A stretch of 64,000 bases of DNA from Vampirovibrionaceae bacterium NZW_1234 (GTDB taxonomy: Bacteria; Cyanobacteriota; Vampirovibrionia; Vampirovibrionales; JAGQHJ01), in the NCBI GenBank assembly GCA_041697335.1, contig JBGUGD010000014.1, forward strand, positions 1 to 64,000, in the 5' to 3' direction. Positions within the stretch are counted from its first letter, which is position 1; each line of letters opens with the position of its first letter. Under the pieces are notes generated by a model. The model had not been told where the DNA came from and searched no databases. It saw nothing but the letters and a program-made list of their open reading frames with translations. Both the position numbers and the translations under genes were made by a program. Below, one piece after another: positions 9,808 to 20,872 of the stretch.

Positions 9808-10254
9808 ATGGCTCAGGAGAATACAACAGGGGTTCATGTGTGGCTGATTATGATGAAAGCCTACCAAGTTATGCAGAAACATGCCGAAAAAAGCATTCAA
9901 TCCACCGGATTGTGCTATTCGGACTTTACCGCCTTGGAAGTGCTCTTCCACAAAGGGCCCTTACCCATTCATGCCATTGGTGAAAAAATTCTGTTAACCA
10001 GCGGTTCGCTGACTGCGGCCGTGGATAGACTGGAAAAACGAGGCTTCGTTGAGCGTCGTGCTGAGTCCGGTGATCGACGAGTACGTATCATTCATCTAAC
10101 ACCCTCTGGGAAAAAATTCATTGAAACGATCTTTAATCAACATGCAATAGATATGGAAATGGCTACAACAAGCCTTACTAAGACAGAGCGTAGCACGTTG
10201 ATGAAATTGCTCAAAAAGCTGGGCAAGGATGCTGCTCAAAAACTGAAAGAGTAG
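9808..10254 (+). CDS. MarR-family regulator, MhqR-like
   Basis: GL..SDF..LEVLFHKGP.PI..IGEKILLTSGSLTAAVDRLEK.G.V.R....DRR. Confidence 0.92.
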   Translation: MAQENTTGVHVWLIMMKAYQVMQKHAEKSIQSTGLCYSDFTALEVLFHKGPLPIHAIGEKILLTSGSLTAAVDRLEKRGFVERRAESGDRRVRIIHLTPSGKKFIETIFNQHAIDMEMATTSLTKTERSTLMKLLKKLGKDAAQKLKE

Positions 10255-10304
10255 CGACAATAGTCCCATCAAACGGCTTGAGTCAGACAATTGGTATCAG
10301 TACA

Positions 10305-10338
10305 AAATGCCAGCCTTTTTTAGTAAAGGCTGGCATTT
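10305..10338. terminator. bidirectional intrinsic terminator
   Basis: AAATGCCAGCCTTT/AAAGGCTGGCATTT hairpin between convergent genes. Confidence 0.8.
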
Positions 10339-10359
10339 CTTTGCTGTCTTTGGCCCCGA

Positions 10360-11091
10360 TTATGCCCTCAGGTTAAACAGGAGGACTTGTGAGTGATTTT
10401 CAAGCCCTTCGACAACCAGGGTCTCTGCGGGATGAGAAAGACCGATCCCACCTCCAGCTTCAACCAGTTGGCCATTGATGTTGACGGTTCCCGTGGCCAC
10501 ATGAAGCCATACTTTACGGCCCGACGGAATATCATAATTTACGCTCTGGCCCGCATCCAGGATCGACGCGTACAGTTCGACATCTTGATGAATAGTAATG
10601 GATCCGTTCGCACCATTTCGAGAGCCAACCAAACGCCATTGACCTTGTTTCTCAGCATCGGAAAAAGAACGTTGTTCGTACTCAGGCTGAAGATCATTCG
10701 ACTCGGGAATGATCCAGATCTGCAGAAAATGCACCGGTTCGGTCTCAGATGGGTTGAACTCGCTATGCCGAACCCCCGTCCCTGCACTCATGCGCTGAAC
10801 ATCGCCAGGCTGAATCACCGAGCCTGTACCAAGGCTATCTTTATGCTCAAGTTGACCGCTTAAGACAATGGAGACAATCTCCATATCCCGATGCCCATGT
10901 GTCCCAAAGCCGCCTTTGGGAGCAACCGTGTCATCGTTAATGACCCGCAGATCACCAAACCCCATATAGCGCGGATCGTAATAGTCCCCAAAGGAGAATG
11001 TATGGTAGCTGTCTAACCAGCTGATTCGAGTTCGCCCACGCTCTTGGGCAGGACGAGAAATTTGTTTCGGTGTAGTGGTAGTCATCATCAA
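10360..11091 (-). CDS. pirin family protein (YhhW-like)
   Basis: HTFSF..YYDP, LRVINDD, FGTHGHRDMEI, HKDSLG, MSAGTGVRHSEFN. Confidence 0.95.
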   Translation of the reverse strand: MMMTTTTPKQISRPAQERGRTRISWLDSYHTFSFGDYYDPRYMGFGDLRVINDDTVAPKGGFGTHGHRDMEIVSIVLSGQLEHKDSLGTGSVIQPGDVQRMSAGTGVRHSEFNPSETEPVHFLQIWIIPESNDLQPEYEQRSFSDAEKQGQWRLVGSRNGANGSITIHQDVELYASILDAGQSVNYDIPSGRKVWLHVATGTVNINGQLVEAGGGIGLSHPAETLVVEGLENHSQVLLFNLRA

Positions 11092-11114
11092 TGCCTCCTT
11101 GTATGTTGTGATAG

Positions 11115-11588
11115 TTAACTTTGAATCGGAGCTGTTGTGTTTTTTGTTGTACTGGCATTTCTGATTTGATTCTTGACCAGGAGATAGTCCAAGGAGAATT
11201 TTCCAGGGCTACTCAAGAGCAGGAGCAACGATGCAGCCAGATACACGAGCGCTAGTTCGTAAGTCGGCCCTTCGCCACTATTGACAAAGGGGTGCCCGCT
11301 CGGCACATGGACAAGGAACAAGGCCCCAAGCATGGTGCCAATCAGACCTAAAGAGGCTAACGGCGTCAGTAAGCCTAAAAGCAAGGCAATCCCGCCGCCA
11401 AACTCTGAAAATGCCGCCAAAGCTTGAACAATCCCAGGTATGGGACCATCTCCCATCCAGGTAAAGGCGTTTTGCATCTTTGGCAGACCATGCAGAATAA
11501 AGGCACTTCCAACAACCAGTCGAAAGGCCAGAAGCCCCAGAGATGGCAATGGCTTTTCCTGAAAATAACTGGATATAGATAAACTCAT
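11115..11588 (-). CDS. DoxX family membrane protein
   Basis: R..VG..F..HG..K, EFGGG..LLLGL.T, YELAL.Y, PGKFSLD. Confidence 0.92.
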   Translation of the reverse strand: MSLSISSYFQEKPLPSLGLLAFRLVVGSAFILHGLPKMQNAFTWMGDGPIPGIVQALAAFSEFGGGIALLLGLLTPLASLGLIGTMLGALFLVHVPSGHPFVNSGEGPTYELALVYLAASLLLLLSSPGKFSLDYLLVKNQIRNASTTKNTTAPIQS

Positions 11589-11641
11589 TCGGATACTCCT
11601 TCTTAATACTCATGTCGCTTCAACGTTTTACTCGACATATT

Positions 11642-11659
11642 TATCTTGATATCAAGATA
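11642..11659. promoter_or_regulatory. perfect 18-bp palindromic operator TATCTTGATATCAAGATA
   Basis: Perfect inverted repeat in the divergent doxX/reductase promoter region. Confidence 0.7.
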
Positions 11660-11948
11660 CTTTATTTCGAATATTTTTTCAACCCCTATTCCTAAAATAA
11701 GCCTTAAACCTTGTTCAAACATAACGTAAACGTATCGAACGCGACACTTGTTATAGCCCTGATAGGGGTTCCACAATCGGTCGACCGGAAGGATATTTGT
11801 GCTATAAGTGTTCAAGAGTAACAGGTGTAATGGAAGCCCTACTGAAGAATTCGTAATCTCCCGGGTTAGCTTGCTTTCATCTTTAGCATTTACAAATGGG
11901 GTGGTTGAGGCCAAATAATCCACGTCTAACTTAGAAAGGAAGTATCTG

Positions 11949-13652
11949 ATGACACAGAAAGATGGGGAAAATAGAACAACATCTGATCCGACAGATCCGT
12001 ATTCTCGCCATACCGAGATATTTCCTGTTCTCAGTAACGAGCAGATTTTACGATGTAAGCCCTTTGGTACCACCGAAACGGTTAAACAAGGGACCGTTCT
12101 CTTCGAACGCGGCGACAGAAGTGTCGATTTCTTTATTATTCTTGAAGGCAACATCGAGATCTATGAGCACAAACGACTTGGACTCAACATTGTAACGGTT
12201 CATGGCAAGCACCAGTTCACGGGAGAGCTTGATTTGTTTAACGATCGACAAATTCTTGTGGGCGGTCGGATGGGGGTAGACGGAAAAGTCATTCGGATGA
12301 GCAGCGAACAATTCCAAAAATTCATGATTGCCGAGCCTGAAATTGCCGATATCGTGATGAAAGCGTTTATTTTGCGGCGCATGGGCCTAATTACCCATAA
12401 TCAAGCTTCTGTCTCATTGATAACCACTCAAGAGTCGCCAGACTCACTTCGAATTGAGCGCTTCTTGAAGCGCAATGGGTATCCCATTGAAGTTCTGAAT
12501 TATGATCTCGCCCGTGAGACCCATACCTGTCTTTCGGAATTAGGAATTTCCAAGGAGCAATTGCCTGCTGTATTTATTCACCAAGGTGAACAGCTGTTGC
12601 ATAGACCCTCTAACCAGGAATTAGCTGAGACACTCGGGCTCGTTGAACGTATAGAACCCGAGAGGATATATGACTTGGCGATTGTCGGAGGCGGGCCAGC
12701 AGGCTTGTCAGCTGCCGTATATGCGGCCTCCGAAGGGCTGGATGTTGTCCTTTTGGAAGCGGAAGCCCCCGGCGGACAGGCTGGAACAAGTTCTAAAATA
12801 GAAAACTACCTCGGATTTCCAACCGGGGTATCCGGTCAGGAGCTTGCTGATCGCGCTCAAGTTCAGGCACAGAAATTTGGTGCGCGTATTGTTCTTCCCA
12901 ATGAAATCACACACATCCATTGTGAAAAAAGACCTTTTAAACTTGCCACTGAGAACGGCCTATCATTTTCCGCCAGAGCCATTGTCATTGCTTCTGGAGC
13001 TTGTTACCGACGTCTTCAATTTAATCATTCCTTTGACAATGCTGGAGTATATTATGCGGCCACCGCAATGGAAAGCAATCTTTGCAAGCATGAGGAAATT
13101 ATTATTGTCGGTGGAGGCAACTCTGCCGGGCAAGCCGCCATCTTCCTATCCGGCCAGGCACGGCACGTCCATATGTTGATCCGCTCCAATAGCCTTTCTG
13201 CGAGTATGTCAGACTATTTAATCAACCGGATTAACTCAGCTCAAAATATTACTCTGCATAAAAATACTGAAATTATCAGCCTCAACGGAACTCGGCATTT
13301 ACAGGAAGTCACCTGGCAAAATCGAGAAACCGGGGAAACGGAAACTCACCCCATTAAACATGTATTCCTGATGTTAGGTGCCATGCCCAACACAAAATGG
13401 CTCAGAGGCTGCCTTGCCCTGGACGAAAAAGGATTTATTATGACCGGTACAGATTTAATGGAATACCAAGGCTGGCAACAAGAACGATACCCGATGATGC
13501 TAGAAACCAGCGTACCCGGCATATTTGCAGCTGGCGACGTTCGGTCTGGCTCCATTAAACGAGTAGCATCAGCCGTAGGCGAAGGCGCCATGGCCATCAG
13601 CCAAGTCCATCAATACCTCAGCCTTGAAATGAAAGAACTTGCAAAAGTTTAG
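11949..13652 (+). CDS. cNMP-binding-domain thioredoxin-reductase-like FAD oxidoreductase
   Basis: N-terminal cNMP fold (FTGEL), GGGPAGLSAA, SSKIENYLGFPTG, GGGNSAGQAA, GDVRSGS.KRVASAVGEG. Confidence 0.93.
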   Translation: MTQKDGENRTTSDPTDPYSRHTEIFPVLSNEQILRCKPFGTTETVKQGTVLFERGDRSVDFFIILEGNIEIYEHKRLGLNIVTVHGKHQFTGELDLFNDRQILVGGRMGVDGKVIRMSSEQFQKFMIAEPEIADIVMKAFILRRMGLITHNQASVSLITTQESPDSLRIERFLKRNGYPIEVLNYDLARETHTCLSELGISKEQLPAVFIHQGEQLLHRPSNQELAETLGLVERIEPERIYDLAIVGGGPAGLSAAVYAASEGLDVVLLEAEAPGGQAGTSSKIENYLGFPTGVSGQELADRAQVQAQKFGARIVLPNEITHIHCEKRPFKLATENGLSFSARAIVIASGACYRRLQFNHSFDNAGVYYAATAMESNLCKHEEIIIVGGGNSAGQAAIFLSGQARHVHMLIRSNSLSASMSDYLINRINSAQNITLHKNTEIISLNGTRHLQEVTWQNRETGETETHPIKHVFLMLGAMPNTKWLRGCLALDEKGFIMTGTDLMEYQGWQQERYPMMLETSVPGIFAAGDVRSGSIKRVASAVGEGAMAISQVHQYLSLEMKELAKV

Positions 13653-13710
13653 TTTCCTCTCCTCAGATACGATGGAATACTGTTCCAAATAGCAATAAGG
13701 AGATTTATCG

Positions 13711-13965
13711 ATGACCACATGCACACATCTAAGTGAAATTCAGACTGTCAAACCCAGTGCTCCAGGGTGTCAGGAATGCCTAGCGACAGGAAGTGAGTGG
13801 GTGCACCTTAGAGAGTGTTTGTCCTGTGGCCACGTTGGCTGTTGTGACTCTTCACCCAATCGCCATGCCACAGCCCATTTTCACCAAACAAAGCATCCGA
13901 TTATGCAATCGTTTGAACCGGGTGAAGATTGGCGCTGGTGTTATATTGACAACGATTTTGTCTAA
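13711..13965 (+). CDS. UBP-type zinc finger protein
   Basis: CQEC..WVHLRECLSCGHVGCCDSSPNRHATAHF...W.WCY.D. Confidence 0.93.
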   Translation: MTTCTHLSEIQTVKPSAPGCQECLATGSEWVHLRECLSCGHVGCCDSSPNRHATAHFHQTKHPIMQSFEPGEDWRWCYIDNDFV

Positions 13966-15647
13966 ACCGACTGAGGCAAAGCAGCTTGCTGATCTCGAGC
14001 CATTCGTTCCAAACGGCTTTCAATTTGTTCATCCGAATAAAGCAAATGACGCATTAGTTTGGATGTAATCTCTCGGGAGGTATTGTGGTCTTTAAGTAAG
14101 GTATTTTCAACCTTCCTATCGAGAACCTGCTGGTAATGCTTATCATCATACGTCACCGTATAAACCGGGATTGTCGTATTCATGTGTTTTAATGCATCGA
14201 TAAGATAGAGTGAAACGTCCAAGTCTTCAAGCAAAATAATGACTGCCGTGGCATCACCAACACTAACCGCCGTCGCCGTCTTGGGACGATTCATATCGGC
14301 ATACCCAACCTGAAACCCCTTGCTACGTGCAAGGGCAATCCGATCCCGATCGCCATCATAAGCAATATAATCAATCCCCTCAGCTTCGAGGACTTTTGCA
14401 ATTTCCTGACCAATCTCATTAAAGCCGGTAATAATAACCTTAGGGGCATCCGGATTATACGTACTTTGAACTTCTTCAACCCGCCCTTGCTCAATACGTT
14501 GGCTTAAAATGCGCCCCATCCATGATAAAGCAGGTGTTAAGGCCAAACTTAGCCCAACACAAACCTGCAATAACTGCCCTAATTCCCCTGTCAGAAGCCC
14601 TTGGGCTGTAGCAAGAGCAAGCAGAACAAATGCAAACTCACTTCCCTGGGCTAACAATAACCCCAGTCGTATAGAAAAACCCTGGCAATACCGTGATAAT
14701 CTTGCAATAGCCCAAAGGGTAATCGATTTAACGATCAGTAACCCTGCCAATAGACCGACAACGGTGCCACTATGTTGCAAAGCCAAAGGCCAGTTGAGAG
14801 ACATACCAACGGTAACGAAAAACAAACCTAAGAGAAGTCCACGAAAAGGATAAATTTCAGTTTTCACCAGATAACAAAAATCGCTCTCGGATAACGCCAA
14901 TCCCGCCAGAAAGGCACCAAGTGGCAGAGACAACCCGAGCTGGCTGACCAACCAAGCGGTGAGTAGGACAAAAAGCAGGGCTGATGCGGTGAAGACCTCA
15001 CTGTTTTTAGTTGACGTGATCCACTCGAAGATGGGCCTTAAGAGAAAACGTCCTACGACCATTACGGCCAACAATGCGCCCAATGCTTTCAATAACGCTA
15101 GGCTCAATAGGGGCATAAGGTTTGTGGCCGATTGCGCCAAATTTGGCAATAAAATCAGGAGAAAAACAACGAAAATATCCTGCGCAATCAAGACCGCTAG
15201 GGTTGAACGAGCCAATGGCGTGCTTTGTTCCCTGGATTCCTTCAACGCCTGCATGACAATAGCCGTTGAAGATAAACTCAAGCCACAGCCAATTACAAAT
15301 GCCGTTGTAATATCTCCGAGAAACCAATAAGCTATCAGCCCAATCACCGATGCTGTCCCAAAAATCTGTGTCGGTCCCAACCCCAAGAAATCTCGTCGAG
15401 ATTCCCAAAGCGTTCTAAACGATAAGTGGAGCCCGATATCGAAAAGTAAAAAAGCCACTCCCACTTCAGCCAGCGACTCAACAGAAGACGTATAGGGTAT
15501 CCACCCAATTCCATAGGGGCCCAGAACCAGTCCAGCCAAAAAGTACCCGATGATCGGACTGAGTTTGAGCTTTTGAGCCAATGAAACCCCAAGAATTCCA
15601 GACGCCAATAAAATAAGTATAGGTTGCAAATAGTCAGAATGGTTCAT
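13962..15647 (-). CDS. CPA2 cation:proton antiporter (KefB/KefC-like) with TrkA_N domain
   Basis: LSSTAIV, QDI, LGAFLAGL, FRGLLLGLFF, LAQGSEFAF; C-terminal Rossmann-like GF..IG. Confidence 0.92.
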   Translation of the reverse strand: MNHSDYLQPILILLASGILGVSLAQKLKLSPIIGYFLAGLVLGPYGIGWIPYTSSVESLAEVGVAFLLFDIGLHLSFRTLWESRRDFLGLGPTQIFGTASVIGLIAYWFLGDITTAFVIGCGLSLSSTAIVMQALKESREQSTPLARSTLAVLIAQDIFVVFLLILLPNLAQSATNLMPLLSLALLKALGALLAVMVVGRFLLRPIFEWITSTKNSEVFTASALLFVLLTAWLVSQLGLSLPLGAFLAGLALSESDFCYLVKTEIYPFRGLLLGLFFVTVGMSLNWPLALQHSGTVVGLLAGLLIVKSITLWAIARLSRYCQGFSIRLGLLLAQGSEFAFVLLALATAQGLLTGELGQLLQVCVGLSLALTPALSWMGRILSQRIEQGRVEEVQSTYNPDAPKVIITGFNEIGQEIAKVLEAEGIDYIAYDGDRDRIALARSKGFQVGYADMNRPKTATAVSVGDATAVIILLEDLDVSLYLIDALKHMNTTIPVYTVTYDDKHYQQVLDRKVENTLLKDHNTSREITSKLMRHLLYSDEQIESRLERMARDQQAALPQSV

Positions 15648-16042
15648 AACCCAAGTATTATAATATAATCCCAGCGCGAGCTTCGACTAAAAATAAAATC
15701 AAGGTCTTCTTAGATTTTCAATCGAACTCTCAGCCACGCAACCGAGCTTTATGTAAAATCGAGCCAATGTCAGATTGCAAAAAGACATTTATTTTTTAAG
15801 CGTTGTATTTGAATATACCAGTGGGATTCGGCCCCAGCAGCTAAACTCTTAATATTCGGATGCTTTGAAACTGACACAGTTGAGATAGACAATTAGACCT
15901 GTGAACAACATCAGATGCCCTTCTTTGGTATCGACTGGGTTCTGATGCCATTCATTTCGGTCGCTAGCATGCCCCTCTCAGACTTTCTGCACGCTTGAGG
16001 GATAATTGGATGTGACACAACGGTTGATACTCTGGAGATCGA

Positions 16043-16741
16043 ATGATGACATCAAATTGGAAAACAGCTTTGGTTACGGGAGCTAACCGTGGGATTGGGC
16101 TTGCGATTGCTACCGGATTAGCTGCCCGAGGGGATATAAAAGTCCTTCTTGGCAGCAGGGATTATGAAAGCGGTGTAACGGCTACAGGAACGATTCCTTA
16201 TTCAACAGTGACACCGGTGCATTTGGCGTTAGAAAATAAGGCCACATTAAACCAACAGCTTGAAACGATTTTGGCAGATCATGGCCCTATTGACATTCTG
16301 GTGAATAACGCAGGCGTCCTGACCCCGGGGAATGTCCTGGATGCATCGGAATCAGGGTTTTCCGAGTCAATGCGCATCAACTTTGAGGCCCCCCTCGAGC
16401 TCATTCGACGGCTGGTTCCAGATATGATTCAACGAGGCTATGGACGCATTGTCAATGTTTCCTCGGGCTGGGGATCCTTTGGGGAAGGGTTGTCAGGGCC
16501 TGCCGCTTATTCAATAAGCAAGGCAGCGATGAACGCCTTAACCCTCAGCCTTTCCCAATCCGTTCCCAAAACCGTCAAAGTCAATGCCATGTGCCCAGGA
16601 TGGGTCAGGACCAGAATGGGCGGTCAGGCCGCAGATCGCTCACCAGAACAGGGAGCCGATACGGCAATCTGGCTTGCCACATTGCCTGACAACGGACCTA
16701 GCGGGGGCTTTTTCCGAGACAGGAAGCCTATTGAATGGTAA
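16043..16741 (+). CDS. short-chain dehydrogenase/reductase
   Basis: TGANRGIG, NNAG, YSISK, CPGWVRTRMGG. Confidence 0.95.
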   Translation: MMTSNWKTALVTGANRGIGLAIATGLAARGDIKVLLGSRDYESGVTATGTIPYSTVTPVHLALENKATLNQQLETILADHGPIDILVNNAGVLTPGNVLDASESGFSESMRINFEAPLELIRRLVPDMIQRGYGRIVNVSSGWGSFGEGLSGPAAYSISKAAMNALTLSLSQSVPKTVKVNAMCPGWVRTRMGGQAADRSPEQGADTAIWLATLPDNGPSGGFFRDRKPIEW

Positions 16742-16800
16742 GCCGTAGTCTTACAGCTACCAAGAGTTATTATTAACACTCCACCAAACCTGAACTGCAT

Positions 16801-19800
16801 TTATTCGATCAACACAAACTGATCCTGGTCTATTCCTATACCCTCCGATGAAACGGGTGAAAGGGGTAATTTGACCTCGAAAGTTGTGCCAACACCTTCC
16901 GTGCTATGAACCAGGATGACACCACCATGCAGCTCAACCAAATCCTTTGTCAAGGATAGGCCTAACCCTGTTCCTTCTTGTCGGCGGGACATGGAACTGT
17001 CCACTTGATAAAATTTGTGAAATAATTCGGGCAACTTTGATTGCGGAATTCCGATACCTGTATCCCACACAGAAACTGTGAGCCATTGTTCTTCGTTTCG
17101 GATCTGTACAACCACATCACCATGGGGCTTATTAAACTTGATAGCATTATTAATGAGATTCACTAAAATCTGCTTGAACCGATATTCATCGACATAGATC
17201 CGGCCGATAGCCGGTTGCAGATTAAATGTCAAAGCAACGTTTTTCTTACTTGCCAATGTCATCATCATGGACTGAATATCGGCAATAACAGGCTCAAGAT
17301 CAATCCAATCAGGCATAATCTGCATCTTACCCGCTTCTATTTTCGACACATCCAGAAGGTCATTGATAACGGCCAGCAAATGCTGACCACTGGCCCCAAC
17401 ATTATGGAGATATTTTGCCTGCTTTTCTGTAACAGGACCCGCCAACCCCATCTCCATCATCTTTGAATAACTTAGAACGGCATTGAGAGGTGTTCTAAGT
17501 TCATGACTCATCATGGCTAAAAATTCGCTTTTCTTCTGATTGGCAATTTCCGCCATTTCTCGAGCTAAAAGGAGCTCTGCCTCCGTCTGCTTTTGCTCGG
17601 TAATATCGGCACAACTCCCAATAAAACCTAGAAATTCACCTTGCGGCGTAAAACGAGGAACTCCTACAACCAATAACCAACGCACAGCGTGATTAACGTC
17701 ATAGACCCTGACTTCTGTTTTAAACGATTGTTTTGTCCGAAAGGCATCTTCACAGATTTTAAGATAGCTCTTTCGATCATCAATATGAACTAAATCCATC
17801 CATCGGTTTCCTAAAGCCTCTTCGGGACTCAGGCCGAATAAGGATAGGTAAGAGGCATTCACATATTCATTTTCATTTTGTGCATTGGTCATCCAGATAA
17901 TCACAGGTGCTGACTCCGCAAGCATTCGAAAACGTGCTTCACTTTCAGCCAATGCATGCTGGGCCCGAAGTCGCTCTGTCAAATCCGTATGTAAGCCTGA
18001 CATCCGGACTGGCAGACCTTGCTCATCCTTGATTACTTTACCCCGAGACCAAACCGTGACATAGGACTGTGTTTTCTTGTTCAGTAAGCGAAATTCAATA
18101 TCATAAGCCGCACTGGTTTCCATATGTGCCAGTACGGCATCCACCACGCGGGGCTGGTCCTCCGGATGAATCAGCGAAAAGAAATAATCAATTGAAAAGT
18201 CCTCTTCCTCCAAACCAATCATGTCACGATATCGTGCATTGGAATAAACAACATTGTTCCCCATATCCCAGTCCCAGATACCATCATTGGATCCCTCAAG
18301 AATAAGACGGTATCGCTCTTCAGACTCTTTTAAGGCACGCTCATATTGCTTTTGTTCAGTAATATCAAAACAGGCACCGGTTAAGTAGACGGGTGTCTCG
18401 TCATCATCGCGGCGAACAGCACCCTTATCCAAAATCCAGCGAACTTGGCCATCCGGACGTATAATTCGGTATTCCAGGTTGAATTGGCAGTAGTCAGGTT
18501 GCTTGCACCGCTCAATCTCTGCCTTGACTGCATCCAACTCATCTTCATGAATTAATTCATAAAAACTTTGAAGTCCCCTAGGACCACTTTCATCAACCCC
18601 AAAAAGTTGGTACAGACTACTGTCCCAAACAACATCACCCGTTTGCATATTCCATCGATATGTGCCCATCCCAGCCACATCAATGGCAGCTTGAAGCCGA
18701 TCCCGACTATCAATCAAATCTTGTTCCGCCTTCTTTTGCTGCGTTATATCGGCAACCAAGACAAAGAAGCCTTCAACAGAATTGTCCGACGAAAATTTAG
18801 GAATATAATCAGCGTGAATGGTTCTCGTTCCACCCATATGATAGGGTGTGGTCAATTCAAAAGAGACGGTTTCTCCTTGGAGCGCACGAACCATATAGGG
18901 CTTTAAGCCTTCCATGGCTTTTTCACCGAGAACTTCGTAGACCGATTTCCCTAGGATCTGATTAACGGAATATCCAAACCAAACCTCATATGCCTTGTTA
19001 GCAAATTGATAACACAAGTTCTTATCAATAAAAGAAATGAGAACCGGCAACGCATCTGTTATCAGACGAAGCTGCTCCTCACTGTCCTCTAATGAGGCCT
19101 CTGCCCGCTTTTGATTGGTAATATCTAAAATATAAGCAACCCCAGCCTGTTTGCTTTGGTGGTAATACGCAACAGACAATTGAATATCAATCCGACGTCC
19201 ATCTTTCGTAATGTACTGCTTTTCGTAGGGCTCGCACTTGCCGTAGGATTCCATTTGAATAAATGCCCTTTCATCCAGATAGGCGTATTCCGGGGGGGTC
19301 ATTTCTCGCCAATTAATGCGTCCCTGCTCCAGTTCTTCACGGCTATACCCTACCATGTCCAAAAACGCATCATTGGCATCGGTAATTTCGCCCGCTTTAT
19401 TCCAGAACACAAACCCCAAAATACCAACTTCCACGACCTGTCGAAATCGTGCCTCAGCCTGGCGTTCACACTGCAATGAAAACAGAGACTGCTCATAAAA
19501 ATAAATGGCCATCATAATCACCGTTACAACCAGCGTGAACAATCCAATCGCTGAAAACTCATCGTTTAAGTATATTGACGTCAGCTCACCTAAATTCGCC
19601 TGGAAAGAAGTGTTAATAACGGAATGAAGCCTTAAAATATCCATAAAGCCATCTATCATTAGAAATCCACCAATAACCAGTGCTCCCAATGACAGCCATC
19701 GCACCAGATTTACAGAAGAAAATAACGGAGAGAAAAGACCACGGCTAGGAATTGTATCAATCAGAAGTATCAAGCTAAAGAGCAAGTATCCCAGTGAGGA

Positions 19801-20481
19801 CGGTATGCTCATGTAAGAGGCGTAGAGCATAGGAATATCATTAATGTGACCAAGAAGGGCGAAGGAGTGAATACATAATAGGAGTAGGGCCGGGATGCCA
19901 ACTCCAAATACTTGAACCAGATAAACGCGCCCAAAATAGCGACACGTTAGAGCGATACAGCTCAAAACTAAACTAATTGCACCGATAAGTGTCATTCCCC
20001 ACCAGGTCATTCGCTGTGTCAGTAAAAGTTCCAAATGAAACCCAACTTGCATCATCAGTGCGGTTAAAAAGTAGAGTCCAATCGACCAAGTGACTACTAA
20101 TGAGCCAATCTGCAAACAAGCTTGTCTGCAAGGAGTTTGAGCTCGAGGTATTGTCAGAATCAAAAGGCCGGTAATGCTTAGCGAAACAAGGGCATAGGCA
20201 GTGGGTAACAGAATAGGAGTACTTGTCCCCAAACTGCGTAAGTTAGGAATATCAAAATAATGCCCAATCAGACCCAAAAACCCAATAGCAAGAACCAGAC
20301 CAAGTAAAACCCGATTCAGTAATAAGATGTTCTCCTTCTGAAATGCAGATAGCATCGCCACTGAGGATGTCGTCCTGAGAGCTTGGGTCGTTTGTGCAAC
20401 AGGCGAACTGTCCTGCCTTAACCCAAACTGATTGGCGTTCTCCCCAATTGATTCTCTATGCTTGTTCAATACTGACTTCAC
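16801..20481 (-). CDS. membrane sensor histidine kinase with five PAS/PAC domains
   Basis: Multiple TM helices, five PAS units, FLAMMSHELRTPL, NLINNAIKF, DTGIG, GTGLGL; exact start uncertain. Confidence 0.93.
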   Translation of the reverse strand: MKSVLNKHRESIGENANQFGLRQDSSPVAQTTQALRTTSSVAMLSAFQKENILLLNRVLLGLVLAIGFLGLIGHYFDIPNLRSLGTSTPILLPTAYALVSLSITGLLILTIPRAQTPCRQACLQIGSLVVTWSIGLYFLTALMMQVGFHLELLLTQRMTWWGMTLIGAISLVLSCIALTCRYFGRVYLVQVFGVGIPALLLLCIHSFALLGHINDIPMLYASYMSIPSSLGYLLFSLILLIDTIPSRGLFSPLFSSVNLVRWLSLGALVIGGFLMIDGFMDILRLHSVINTSFQANLGELTSIYLNDEFSAIGLFTLVVTVIMMAIYFYEQSLFSLQCERQAEARFRQVVEVGILGFVFWNKAGEITDANDAFLDMVGYSREELEQGRINWREMTPPEYAYLDERAFIQMESYGKCEPYEKQYITKDGRRIDIQLSVAYYHQSKQAGVAYILDITNQKRAEASLEDSEEQLRLITDALPVLISFIDKNLCYQFANKAYEVWFGYSVNQILGKSVYEVLGEKAMEGLKPYMVRALQGETVSFELTTPYHMGGTRTIHADYIPKFSSDNSVEGFFVLVADITQQKKAEQDLIDSRDRLQAAIDVAGMGTYRWNMQTGDVVWDSSLYQLFGVDESGPRGLQSFYELIHEDELDAVKAEIERCKQPDYCQFNLEYRIIRPDGQVRWILDKGAVRRDDDETPVYLTGACFDITEQKQYERALKESEERYRLILEGSNDGIWDWDMGNNVVYSNARYRDMIGLEEEDFSIDYFFSLIHPEDQPRVVDAVLAHMETSAAYDIEFRLLNKKTQSYVTVWSRGKVIKDEQGLPVRMSGLHTDLTERLRAQHALAESEARFRMLAESAPVIIWMTNAQNENEYVNASYLSLFGLSPEEALGNRWMDLVHIDDRKSYLKICEDAFRTKQSFKTEVRVYDVNHAVRWLLVVGVPRFTPQGEFLGFIGSCADITEQKQTEAELLLAREMAEIANQKKSEFLAMMSHELRTPLNAVLSYSKMMEMGLAGPVTEKQAKYLHNVGASGQHLLAVINDLLDVSKIEAGKMQIMPDWIDLEPVIADIQSMMMTLASKKNVALTFNLQPAIGRIYVDEYRFKQILVNLINNAIKFNKPHGDVVVQIRNEEQWLTVSVWDTGIGIPQSKLPELFHKFYQVDSSMSRRQEGTGLGLSLTKDLVELHGGVILVHSTEGVGTTFEVKLPLSPVSSEGIGIDQDQFVLIE

Positions 20482-20872
20482 TGATCAGCCTGTTCTCATG
20501 GGTTTTGTATGGGTTTATTTAATCTACTAAGCCTAAAGCTTTTAACTGCTTAGGATATAACAACCTTCCCTCTTATGGAGCCGAAATGAAAACAGTTCAT
20601 TCTGCAACAAACCTAGCCAGCCAGGTATTAGCCAGTTGGGTATTTTGTTTTTTACGCCTAAAGCCTGATCACATAAACACAAGAAAATAAATAATCAGAA
20701 TTACAAATCCAGTTCTCACTCATCAGCTATTTTCTGTTCCAGCGTCCCGTGCTTTGAGCTAAGACTTATCGAAAACATGCACATATAACCCTTGAGGCGT
20801 TTTTCATACAGTATCCTCTAGATTGTCTTCTTCCTGAATATGGATTCTGCCTATATTATGATATACCGTTCT

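Noticed and set aside
11603..12154. 183-aa minus-strand ORF
   Set aside because: Overlaps the reductase gene and the operator region; no coding features.
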